Source: a virus (lineage: Duplodnaviria > Caudoviricetes). From it: a DNA stretch of 64,000 nucleotides. The notes beneath the pieces were generated by a model. It did not search any database, was not told the DNA's origin, and saw only the letters and a list, made by a program, of their open reading frames with translations. How positions within the stretch are numbered: the first letter of the stretch is position 1; every line of letters begins with the position of its first letter. The DNA lies in the IMG/VR virus record IMGVR_UViG_3300020577_002429, positions 17,943-81,942 of that record, one strand, 5' to 3'. Positions 8,509 through 16,393 of the stretch are shown piece after piece. Position numbers and translations under genes: made by a program.

Positions 8509-9160
8509 GTCTTGTATTTATTTAATAATAAATAAGGCGAATAATAAGTTTTACATTGGAAGTACTTGCGACTTTCAAAAAAGAAAAACAACTCACCTTA
8601 GAGATTTAAAAGCAAATAAGCACCACTCTAGATATTTACAAAGAGCTTTTAATAAGTATGGAGCGTCTAGTTTTGAGATAGTTATATACCACTTTTGTAC
8701 TGAAAATGAAAAAGTAGAATTAGAGCAGTACTATATAGATTGTATGAAGCCCTTTTATAATACTTCCAAGTCAGCAAAGTGCCCAATGTTAGGAAGAAAG
8801 CATAGCAAAAAAACACTAAAGCTTTTTAAAAATAGACCTGTCAGATATGGAAAAGACAATCACATGTTTGGAATAAAATTATCTCAGTCAACAAAAGATA
8901 AAATGAGACAAGCCAGAACTGGTACAAAAAGGTCAGAATCTACTAAAAAAAAGATGTCAGATACTGCGAAAAGAATAAACTCTATATCAAGAATAGACAG
9001 AACAAAAGCAGAAAAGAAAATACTGGATCAAAATGGTATTATTTACAAGTCGTTATCTGATGCTGCTAAAAAAACAAGGCACTCAGTTCAAGCTGTATGC
9101 GATAATTTAAAGGGAAGAAGTATCAAAACAAGAAGAAAGTACACTTTTAAATATGCTTGA
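8480..9160 (+). CDS. free-standing GIY-YIG homing endonuclease with NUMOD3 repeats
   Basis: CIYLIINKANNKFYIGST...HHSRYLQRAFNKYG; GRKHSKKT, GTKRSESTKKKMS; likely start GTG 8495. Confidence 0.9.
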   Translation: MQGIYVKDIESCIYLIINKANNKFYIGSTCDFQKRKTTHLRDLKANKHHSRYLQRAFNKYGASSFEIVIYHFCTENEKVELEQYYIDCMKPFYNTSKSAKCPMLGRKHSKKTLKLFKNRPVRYGKDNHMFGIKLSQSTKDKMRQARTGTKRSESTKKKMSDTAKRINSISRIDRTKAEKKILDQNGIIYKSLSDAAKKTRHSVQAVCDNLKGRSIKTRRKYTFKYA

Positions 9161-9185
9161 CATGTCACAATATATAAACTATACT
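9157..9185 (+). promoter_or_regulatory. sigma70-type promoter
   Basis: TTGACA-17 nt-TATACT; leader with GGAGG before ATG 9221. Confidence 0.8.
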
Positions 9186-9220
9186 CTAGCTAAGAATAAA
9201 CAATTACTGGAGGATTTATA

Positions 9221-9553
9221 ATGAATAAAAATATATTAGAAGATTATTATGGATATAAAGATCCTAGACTGTGGCTAGAATTTCCAGAAGACTACGACTT
9301 CAAAGAAAAGCTTGGTCCTAAGTTATTATTTCTAATAGGTATTGATTGGTATGTCTATAATAATAGACCAGTACGTCCGAGTGCTAGACGTGAAACTCTT
9401 GATATTGTAAAGACCTATCACAAAACATTTAATATAACATTTTACTTGACATACTGGCAATTTCATGCTAGTTTTAACATTGGCAAAATGCCATACACTA
9501 CTCACGCTGAGTATTTAACCTGGAGGAAGCATGACGCTAAAGGAAATAGTTAA
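9221..9553 (+). CDS. hypothetical protein
   Basis: ORF track; strong SD. Confidence 0.7.
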   Translation: MNKNILEDYYGYKDPRLWLEFPEDYDFKEKLGPKLLFLIGIDWYVYNNRPVRPSARRETLDIVKTYHKTFNITFYLTYWQFHASFNIGKMPYTTHAEYLTWRKHDAKGNS

Positions 9554-10802
9554 ACAGATACGAGAATTATGTGTTGATGGAGGATTAGACCCACAAAAAC
9601 TACGTTTAAAAGATCTAGCTGACATGGGCATATCTGAACGTCAAGTTCGTAATCACGGTGGTTTACAAGCTATTAAAAATAGCTTCTTCCCTAATACGGA
9701 GAAATCACTAAAAGATATCGCTGAATTAAAAGAGACTTCAGACTATATCAGTAAGCTTGAAACTTCTGTTGGAAAAAAAGACCTATTTGAAGATCGTCTT
9801 CTAGAAGCTATTCAGCTAAATATAAAACCGCTGCCTAAAATTAAAGCTAAAAAAGTAAAGAAGTCCTCAAACAAAGATATGGTTGAATTTGTTGGTATGT
9901 TAAATGATACTCATATCGGAGTTATCATTGACAATGAAGAAATTGGTGGAATTAATAATTTTGACTTTAAAGAAGCTTGTCGTCGTTTTGCTTTCTATAC
10001 AAAAGAAGTAATTAACTATAAGAAGCATAAAAGATCCCAAGTGCGTAAGTTACATCTAATTTTAAATGGTGACTTGATTGCTGGCATTATTCATGGGCTT
10101 GATGGTAAGGGTATTCACCTGATGGTTCACCAGTTAAATGCAGCTTTACACATCTTTACCCATGTTGTTCAGAACTTAGCACAAGAGTATGATATTGTTG
10201 AAGTTCATGGCATTGCGGGAAACCACGACCGAGCTGTACACAAGAATCACGGTAAACGTGCTGTAGGTGAAGTATACGACTCATATGCTAATAGTATCTT
10301 CTATGGGCTATCAACAGCATTTAGAAATAATAAGACTGTATCATTTAACTTCCCCAAGACTCCATATGGATTTATTGATTTACCAGCTGGACGAGCTATG
10401 TATGCTCATGGAGATCATGTATTCAGCAGCTCATTAGGCAATCCTGGAAAAGCTATTAATGTAAAAGGCATTACTGATTCAATTAGAAATTTCAATGCTG
10501 GAGAAATAGCAAAAGGAAATAAACCTATTAAGTTATTATTATTAGGACATGTTCACGTATTTGCGCATTTCATCACTACCGATGGTGTAGAAGTTTATAT
10601 TTCACCTTGCTTATCAGGACTTGATAGTTTTGCTCATAGTTTGACTATTAACAATAATTTCGTAGCTCAGCCCATCTTTGAAAGTACTAAAGACTTCATC
10701 TTAGGTGATTGTCGCTTGATTAGATTAAATGCTGCTGATAATCAGAAAGAATTAGATGCTATTATTCCTGTATACGACAAGGAGTTAAAATGGAAAAGCT
10801 AA
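9531..10802 (+). CDS. calcineurin-like metallophosphoesterase
   Basis: NDTHIG, NGDLIAG, GNHDR, HGD, GHVH metal-binding motifs. Confidence 0.85.
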   Translation: MTLKEIVKQIRELCVDGGLDPQKLRLKDLADMGISERQVRNHGGLQAIKNSFFPNTEKSLKDIAELKETSDYISKLETSVGKKDLFEDRLLEAIQLNIKPLPKIKAKKVKKSSNKDMVEFVGMLNDTHIGVIIDNEEIGGINNFDFKEACRRFAFYTKEVINYKKHKRSQVRKLHLILNGDLIAGIIHGLDGKGIHLMVHQLNAALHIFTHVVQNLAQEYDIVEVHGIAGNHDRAVHKNHGKRAVGEVYDSYANSIFYGLSTAFRNNKTVSFNFPKTPYGFIDLPAGRAMYAHGDHVFSSSLGNPGKAINVKGITDSIRNFNAGEIAKGNKPIKLLLLGHVHVFAHFITTDGVEVYISPCLSGLDSFAHSLTINNNFVAQPIFESTKDFILGDCRLIRLNAADNQKELDAIIPVYDKELKWKS

Positions 10803-10966
10803 GAACATGGGTAGGATCTGCAATTATGGCATTTGGTGTATTTATTATGCCATCAGATCTTAGATCTTTTTATATTATGGTATTTGATGGAATAAAAAAA
10901 GGACTAAAGGAACGTAACGAGCAACTTGCTGAAATCAACCGAGAATACTATCGAGGTAACAATTGA
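10790..10966 (+). CDS. 58-aa protein with hydrophobic N-terminus (not in ORF track)
   Basis: MEKLRTWVGSAIMAFGVFIMP...; SD AAGGAG. Confidence 0.6.
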   Translation: MEKLRTWVGSAIMAFGVFIMPSDLRSFYIMVFDGIKKGLKERNEQLAEINREYYRGNN

Positions 10967-11193
10967 TTATCTTTAGAAAAATACATAGTGACTTTGATTT
11001 TTTTCAAGTATCTTTAAAAACACCTTCTTTGAAATATAAGAAGGCTCAGTTTGAAGTATTCGACGATGATTACTTGACCGGATTAGACATGCCTACTAGG
11101 TTATTATATACAGAAGACCGGAAGTCATTTTGGAATTTTGAAATATCACTTCTAGGATTTGGTTTTACCATTTATAGACAATATTCTTATTAA
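10963..11193 (+). CDS. hypothetical protein
   Basis: ORF track; TTGA coupling. Confidence 0.55.
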   Translation: MIIFRKIHSDFDFFQVSLKTPSLKYKKAQFEVFDDDYLTGLDMPTRLLYTEDRKSFWNFEISLLGFGFTIYRQYSY

Positions 11194-11197
11194 CTAC

Positions 11198-11226
11198 TTG
11201 ACAACCAGCAATTTCTATGCTAGATT
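11198..11226 (+). promoter_or_regulatory. sigma70-type promoter
   Basis: TTGACA-17 nt-TAGATT with TGn; ATG 9 nt downstream, no SD. Confidence 0.75.
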
Positions 11227-11235
11227 GTTCTATCT

Positions 11236-11739
11236 ATGCACTACCTTGAAAAAGAATTTCAAAGACTGATTAAATATGCTCAAGGTTTAGGTATAAAAGT
11301 ATCTTTTGTTAAAGACACCAATGCTGGCATGTCTGCTGCATGGTTATCTGATGGCAGCGAGATAATTATCTACAATAAACATACCAAGGGACCGCTACAA
11401 CTATGCCTAGAGTTCTTCCATGAACTTAGTCATCATCTATGTTGGATACACAGCGGTAAGAAACAAGATCTGAAAACAGATCATATCCTGTCTAAAGAAG
11501 CCGAAGGTAAAGTGCTTACTAAGAAGCAGCGTAAAGTGATTTACGACATGGAAGTACATGATAGTCAATTTCAGAAAATAATACATAAAGAAGTGCAGAG
11601 TAGAATACCAATTAAACGACTTGATTTAGAAATTGAGTTTGATTTATGGATATATGAGTATTTTTATAAACATGGTAAATGGCCTAAAGAATCTGATAGA
11701 AGAATTAAATTTAAAGAACTTAGGAGTAAATATGTCTGA
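11236..11739 (+). CDS. HExxH metallopeptidase-like protein (ImmA/IrrE-like)
   Basis: FFHELSHH motif preceded by AAW...IIIY. Confidence 0.65.
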   Translation: MHYLEKEFQRLIKYAQGLGIKVSFVKDTNAGMSAAWLSDGSEIIIYNKHTKGPLQLCLEFFHELSHHLCWIHSGKKQDLKTDHILSKEAEGKVLTKKQRKVIYDMEVHDSQFQKIIHKEVQSRIPIKRLDLEIEFDLWIYEYFYKHGKWPKESDRRIKFKELRSKYV

Positions 11740-12007
11740 TGAAAACAAACCAGCGACGATAACTGGCTTATCTGGTGGTATTACTTTAATTGACCCACAT
11801 TTGGATTATATTTATCCGAATAGCCGTAATCTAGCGGCATTAGGTAACGTACTTACTCTACTTCCTATTCATATCATCAGGAAGTGTCTAGTTGAGATGG
11901 ATCACATCTACGCTATTTCAAATAGTACTAACTTAGATCTAGCCTTATCTATTACAGAAGAGAATAAAGAAGCTACTCTTAAAATGTTAAAACTGCGAGG
12001 TTGGTAA
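11732..12007 (+). CDS. hypothetical protein
   Basis: C-terminal part of track ORF 11633..12007; ATG 11732 with SD AGGAG. Confidence 0.6.
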   Translation: MSDENKPATITGLSGGITLIDPHLDYIYPNSRNLAALGNVLTLLPIHIIRKCLVEMDHIYAISNSTNLDLALSITEENKEATLKMLKLRGW

Positions 12008-12675
12008 TGAAATGGGATAACTGGGGATTACCTGTAGACGATAATGGTAATCAGGGTAAGTCTTGTCAGCAACTAGCTAACTACTTCATTAACATTAATT
12101 GTTATAAGAAGCATTTTGATAATGAGTTTAAAAAGAACCATCCACAGAGAGAACGTCTAGCTGGTGAGACTGTAGAAGACTATGATAACTACTTAACTCA
12201 GCATTTAAACGCATATCGGGATTTACTAAACTCTAAAGACATCCAATATATGCAAGATGCTGATTTACACTTTTCAGACAAGTTAAATAGCCTGTTATAT
12301 CATAGTGTAGAATTAACAATCCACCCACAACTAGGTAGAGTGATGAATAGACAAAACCTAGCACCTATGCTAGTTTGTTTGTTCATATACGGCTTTACTG
12401 ACACGTTAAATCACCAAGACACTAGACATGCTCCACAGTTGAAAGACATTCAACAAGGACGCTCTAATCGCTTCTATCGCTTTGCTGGAGATGCTATACG
12501 GTTTGTATCGGTCATATTCAAAGATCAACCGGATGTTCATATACCTTATTTAGTCCTGAATAAAGTCACCAATACTGAGACATGGCTAGCTAAACTCACT
12601 AAAAAGATTTTCTTTACAAAATATAAAAACTATGGTAGTCTATGGGACACAACGATTGAATGGCTAAAAACATAG
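12001..12675 (+). CDS. hypothetical protein
   Basis: ORF track; likely start ATG 12007. Confidence 0.7.
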   Translation: MVMKWDNWGLPVDDNGNQGKSCQQLANYFININCYKKHFDNEFKKNHPQRERLAGETVEDYDNYLTQHLNAYRDLLNSKDIQYMQDADLHFSDKLNSLLYHSVELTIHPQLGRVMNRQNLAPMLVCLFIYGFTDTLNHQDTRHAPQLKDIQQGRSNRFYRFAGDAIRFVSVIFKDQPDVHIPYLVLNKVTNTETWLAKLTKKIFFTKYKNYGSLWDTTIEWLKT

Positions 12676-12684
12676 GAGATCTTC

Positions 12685-12993
12685 TTGGCACGTAAAAAGG
12701 ATAGAAGCGAATTGGAGCATCTACGAGGCGAGAACCGGGAATTAACTAAAACAATACGGAAGCTAAAGAGGCAAATACATCAATTCGAGAAGTCCAAACA
12801 CATCTACCACGAGGTTATCTCAGATTACGAAGAACTGATAGTACAAGAACAACAAGAAGAGATTGTAGTAGAGAAAAAGAGTAAAATGAAACATTGTGAA
12901 AAGTGTCATAGCGGAGTGATGGAAGAATTTGAGATAATGGGTAAAACCATTGGTACATGTAATAGCTGTGGAGCAAGAAAGAGGATAAAATGA
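12685..12993 (+). CDS. coiled-coil plus Zn-ribbon protein
   Basis: N-terminal heptads; CEKC...CNSC. Confidence 0.7.
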   Translation: MARKKDRSELEHLRGENRELTKTIRKLKRQIHQFEKSKHIYHEVISDYEELIVQEQQEEIVVEKKSKMKHCEKCHSGVMEEFEIMGKTIGTCNSCGARKRIK

Positions 12994-13202
12994 TGTTTAA
13001 ATATGAATATACAATAACGCCAATAGGATTAGTAGGACATCAGTATGTATGCTCAGTATCTTTTGTTGAACAACAGTATGAAGAAGATGTACTTGACCTA
13101 CTAGCTACTAATGATTATCACTCAGATGGAAAGGTATTTATACCAAAACATGCAGTATTGATGTTCAGTAATCTTAAAGGTGAGTTTCTAAGTGAAGATT
13201 AA
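12990..13202 (+). CDS. hypothetical protein
   Basis: ORF track; ATGA coupling. Confidence 0.6.
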   Translation: MMFKYEYTITPIGLVGHQYVCSVSFVEQQYEEDVLDLLATNDYHSDGKVFIPKHAVLMFSNLKGEFLSED

Positions 13203-13515
13203 TGCTATTCAATGTGGTCAATGTGATGACATCATCTTTTCTAGAGCACACTATGACTATAGGAAGTGTTCTTGTGGTCATTGTGTTATAGACGGTTCAA
13301 AGATAGTAGGACTGTTTTTCACTTATGGACAAATAGAATTAAATATAACAAAAGAGATCGCTTACCAGGATTGGAATAATTCAAATGATAAGTATGGAAA
13401 AATTAGCAAAGATGAGCAACGTAGCCTTGGTATCAGCTTTGAAAAAAGTGGGATACAACATACCGAGCGAGATACCGAGATTTCAGCTACTGGAGACGAT
13501 AAGACAGTTGTTTAG
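13192..13515 (+). CDS. Zn-binding hypothetical protein
   Basis: CGQC...CSCG...IDG motif common in phages. Confidence 0.65.
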   Translation: MKINAIQCGQCDDIIFSRAHYDYRKCSCGHCVIDGSKIVGLFFTYGQIELNITKEIAYQDWNNSNDKYGKISKDEQRSLGISFEKSGIQHTERDTEISATGDDKTVV

Positions 13516-13591
13516 AGAAGGTAAGATTAAAAATAGTGATTTTGTTAGTGAGGAAGAAACGGAAGAAGGTTTTGCGAAAACCAATAGATAA
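13394..13591 (+). CDS. small helix-extension-helix (Rho-N/SAP-like) protein
   Basis: LAKMSNVALVSALKKVGYNIPSEIPRFQLLETI pattern; overlaps the tail of the upstream ORF. Confidence 0.4.
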   Translation: MEKLAKMSNVALVSALKKVGYNIPSEIPRFQLLETIRQLFREGKIKNSDFVSEEETEEGFAKTNR

Positions 13592-14030
13592 GAAAGCTTT
13601 CCTTATTCAAACATTACGTAGAGCATCGTATAGATGGCCGAGCCGTAATGCAGTATTAAAACGCGCTAGAGTAGCTAGAGGGCAGTATAAATGCGAGCTA
13701 TGCTCAGCTATAGTCGATAGACATAATATTAAGATGGATCACATACATGCTGTCGTAGATCCGGCGGTAGGTTGGGTATCACTGGACGTATTTGCTGATA
13801 GATTATTCTGCGATGAGTCCGGCTGGCAAGCCCTGTGCGTTCCATGTCACTCATTAAAAACTAAAGATGAGAATGAGATTCGTAAACAAACTCGCAAAGA
13901 AGCAAACGAAGCTAGAAAAGTAGCACGTAAGAAAGCTAAGAAGAAAGATCCAAAGACAAATAAACACACAGGTTCATCACTAGATGATTTCTTATCTGAG
14001 TGTGGCATAATTATTGAAGATAAAAAGTAA
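13536..14030 (+). CDS. HNH endonuclease
   Basis: YKCELC...MDHIHAVV...QALCVPCHSLKT; likely start TTG 13572. Confidence 0.85.
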   Translation: MILLVRKKRKKVLRKPIDKKAFLIQTLRRASYRWPSRNAVLKRARVARGQYKCELCSAIVDRHNIKMDHIHAVVDPAVGWVSLDVFADRLFCDESGWQALCVPCHSLKTKDENEIRKQTRKEANEARKVARKKAKKKDPKTNKHTGSSLDDFLSECGIIIEDKK

Positions 14031-14037
14031 TAACCAC

Positions 14038-14066
14038 TTGACATTATTGATATTGTATGGTATATC
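14038..14066 (+). promoter_or_regulatory. sigma70-type promoter (imperfect -10)
   Basis: TTGACA-17 nt-TATATC with TGn; lacks the conserved -7 T. Confidence 0.55.
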
Positions 14067-14072
14067 TATTGC

Positions 14073-14148
14073 ATACGGTATTTTCTCCTAAGTATCGTGT
14101 CCCTCCACAGGGCAGCTCAGTTTACCTCCACTGGGTTGCCCGATTTTT
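14073..14148 (+). ncRNA. candidate anti-Shine-Dalgarno small RNA or structured leader
   Basis: Two hairpins with loops UCUCCU and UUUACCUCCA, linker CCCUCCACA, then a T-run. Confidence 0.55.
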
Positions 14149-14158
14149 ATAAGGATAT

Positions 14159-14428
14159 ATGAAAGATTTTGAATTTCCATTCGCTACAGACAAAACAAAT
14201 GGTAAACCATCGGTAACGCTATTCTTTGCTTATGTTGCATTTTTAATCGCATTAGGTGTAACTATCTATCTTACAGTAAAAGATGTAGTAGCAGGATCTA
14301 TAGCGTCATTAATGTTATTTTTTGGATGTTTATTAATGTACCGCATGAGGGCTATTGATAAATTTAAAGTCAATCTTCAAGAACGATCTTTTGAAGCTGA
14401 AGATACTCCAGATGAGGAAAACAAATGA
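14159..14428 (+). CDS. two-TM holin-like membrane protein
   Basis: Two predicted TM helices, charged C-tail, 89 aa. Confidence 0.5.
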   Translation: MKDFEFPFATDKTNGKPSVTLFFAYVAFLIALGVTIYLTVKDVVAGSIASLMLFFGCLLMYRMRAIDKFKVNLQERSFEAEDTPDEENK

Positions 14429-14823
14429 GAAATTACATTATTACAGGACTTGTATGTTTAGTCATTGGAGTAGCCGCTGGTAGCAGTTTATTTCCTAAAG
14501 TAAAAGAGAAGACTGTTGAGACAGAAGTCGAGCGAGTAGTTAAAGACGTACAGACTGTAATCAAGGTAGTCACTAGACCGGATGGAACGAAGGAAGAAGT
14601 TACAACAATCGTCGATAAGTCTAAACAGAGTACAGACAAGACAAGCACTAAGATTATCGCTAAGAATGACTGGCACATTTCAGCATCAGGATCTCGCACT
14701 TTTACAGATAGTAGCATGACATATACTTTACAAGTAGAGCGTAGAATTATTGGTGATGTATTTTTAGGTGCATCAGTTAACAGTGATAAACAAGTTGGAT
14801 TAACCGTAGGATTGGAGTTTTAA
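14425..14823 (+). CDS. membrane-anchored protein with C-terminal beta-strands (spanin-like)
   Basis: N-terminal TM/signal; KEKTVETEV linker; C-term VGLTVGLEF resembling an outer-membrane beta-signal. Confidence 0.45.
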   Translation: MRNYIITGLVCLVIGVAAGSSLFPKVKEKTVETEVERVVKDVQTVIKVVTRPDGTKEEVTTIVDKSKQSTDKTSTKIIAKNDWHISASGSRTFTDSSMTYTLQVERRIIGDVFLGASVNSDKQVGLTVGLEF

Positions 14824-15249
14824 ATGAGAGCAGTAGAATTAAATGCTATATATGGTGATTTTTTAAATTCATATACAACACCCTTTAAGATTGACTTCTT
14901 GAATGATAAAGGTATAACCAAAGTCCCAGAAGATAATTTTGGCGCTTTTCAATTAAACCTACCAGCATCTTCTAATATAAAACTAGAAAAAACTAAGTCT
15001 GGTGGAGTACTTGTTAGATATTGCTTTGGGTTTGACTTCGCAAGAAAGACATTCTCTGATTATAAACAAGGAATTAGATTTCTATCAGTAGTTCAGAATG
15101 AAATGCTGTTAGCAATATCACCTTGGATTGATTGGTCAAAACCAACAAATAATCTATTTCAAAGACCAGGTATGCCAAATGCTTTCTTTTTAGAGCTAGA
15201 CAGTCATGCTGGAATAGAATTAAGAGCGTACTACGATGGATCAATTTAA
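14824..15249 (+). CDS. internally deleted paralogue of the major capsid protein (mini-MCP)
   Basis: YGD..N, GAFQLN...K....K......R and FQRPGMPNAFFLELDSHAGIELRAYYD match the MCP at 39100..40329. Confidence 0.85.
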   Translation: MRAVELNAIYGDFLNSYTTPFKIDFLNDKGITKVPEDNFGAFQLNLPASSNIKLEKTKSGGVLVRYCFGFDFARKTFSDYKQGIRFLSVVQNEMLLAISPWIDWSKPTNNLFQRPGMPNAFFLELDSHAGIELRAYYDGSI

Positions 15250-15703
15250 GGATTTATTAGACATAGCATCATCAGCTAGCAATTTAACTAATTGCGATTT
15301 TGATACATTCCTGAAGGAAAAGGGATTTGATGAATCTGATACTTCTAAGCGTATTCTTATTCAGGACTTATTTTTATTCTACACTCACTGGTATTACAAT
15401 AAGTATCAGAAGATACCGCACAGATCAAACTTCGCTAGAGGTAGTGAAATATTAAAATTATACAAATTAAGACAAAGATATCCAGGAACAAAGAAGCTAG
15501 CATGGGGGATAAGATGCTCGGCTTCATTTCGTATTGCGTATTTACTATTTAAAAAGGATACCCCCGAATGGCAACAAAAGCTAACAAAAATGTTAAACGC
15601 AAAAAAAGCACACCGAGCAAGAAAAATAAACCGCAAGGAGCAACGTCAGCTAGAAAAACTAATAAGCTCGCTGGCCTCAACCCAAGACTCTTCTCAAAAA
15701 TAA
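15236..15703 (+). CDS. hypothetical basic protein (possible winged-helix DNA binder)
   Basis: ORF track; function uncertain. Confidence 0.55.
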   Translation: MDQFKDLLDIASSASNLTNCDFDTFLKEKGFDESDTSKRILIQDLFLFYTHWYYNKYQKIPHRSNFARGSEILKLYKLRQRYPGTKKLAWGIRCSASFRIAYLLFKKDTPEWQQKLTKMLNAKKAHRARKINRKEQRQLEKLISSLASTQDSSQK

Positions 15704-16113
15704 AACAAGAGTTTCATGACTTAGACTACACTAAAGATCTTCCACCGAAGCTCCAGGAATACATGGCAAGCTTTATGGAAGAAAGTCTAGGTGCTAGATT
15801 CAATCATGATGGTAAGAAGCACATTAAGTCTAAAGCTAACAAGAAGAAGATATACACAGAGAATAATGCTAGACAAAGAGATACATACGCACTAACTAGA
15901 GCTACAGGACGTATGGTAGACATAGATCCTGAAATAGCAGTAAGTATTTGGCAAGAGCGTTATTTAGATCATGATTTTGAAGACAGCATGCTAAAGCAAG
16001 AAGAAAAACCTGAGCTATTAACTAAACGTGAATTTAAGAAACTCTTAGATAGCGGAGCTGAGATACCTTTTGAAATGTTAGCTTTTTATATGGACTATTA
16101 CGATCTAGAATAG
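15568..16113 (+). CDS. hypothetical protein with Lys-rich N-terminus
   Basis: ORF track; last plus-strand gene before convergence with the late block. Confidence 0.7.
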   Translation: MATKANKNVKRKKSTPSKKNKPQGATSARKTNKLAGLNPRLFSKIKQEFHDLDYTKDLPPKLQEYMASFMEESLGARFNHDGKKHIKSKANKKKIYTENNARQRDTYALTRATGRMVDIDPEIAVSIWQERYLDHDFEDSMLKQEEKPELLTKREFKKLLDSGAEIPFEMLAFYMDYYDLE

Positions 16114-16377
16114 TCCGATTTGTTTAGCACCTAATATAATAGAACCTAAAATACCAAGTAATGCCGCTGCCCCCATGACTTTATCTTTATGAGATTCAAG
16201 TCTACGTAGTCTTTTATCTGAGTCAGATTTTACTATCTCAAGAGATTCTTCATTTGCTAAAGATCTACGAGTATGATCTTCTAGAGTCAAATGCTGTTTA
16301 GCAAGAGTAATGTCAATACTATCTATTCTAGAGTCCATTTTATCCAATTTTTCCATAATACGTTTAATATCCGACAT
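16105..16377 (-). CDS. coiled-coil plus C-terminal TM protein (holin/XhlA-like)
   Basis: Heptad N-terminus; C-terminal hydrophobic helix MGAAALLGILGSIILG. Confidence 0.55.
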   Translation of the reverse strand: MSDIKRIMEKLDKMDSRIDSIDITLAKQHLTLEDHTRRSLANEESLEIVKSDSDKRLRRLESHKDKVMGAAALLGILGSIILGAKQIGLF

Positions 16378-16393
16378 AGCTACCTCTTAAATT

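Noticed and set aside
8480-9160. Group I intron in polA carrying the GIY-YIG gene
   Set aside because: polA is complete through motif C and its C-terminus; the endonuclease overlaps the stop and no downstream exon is evident.
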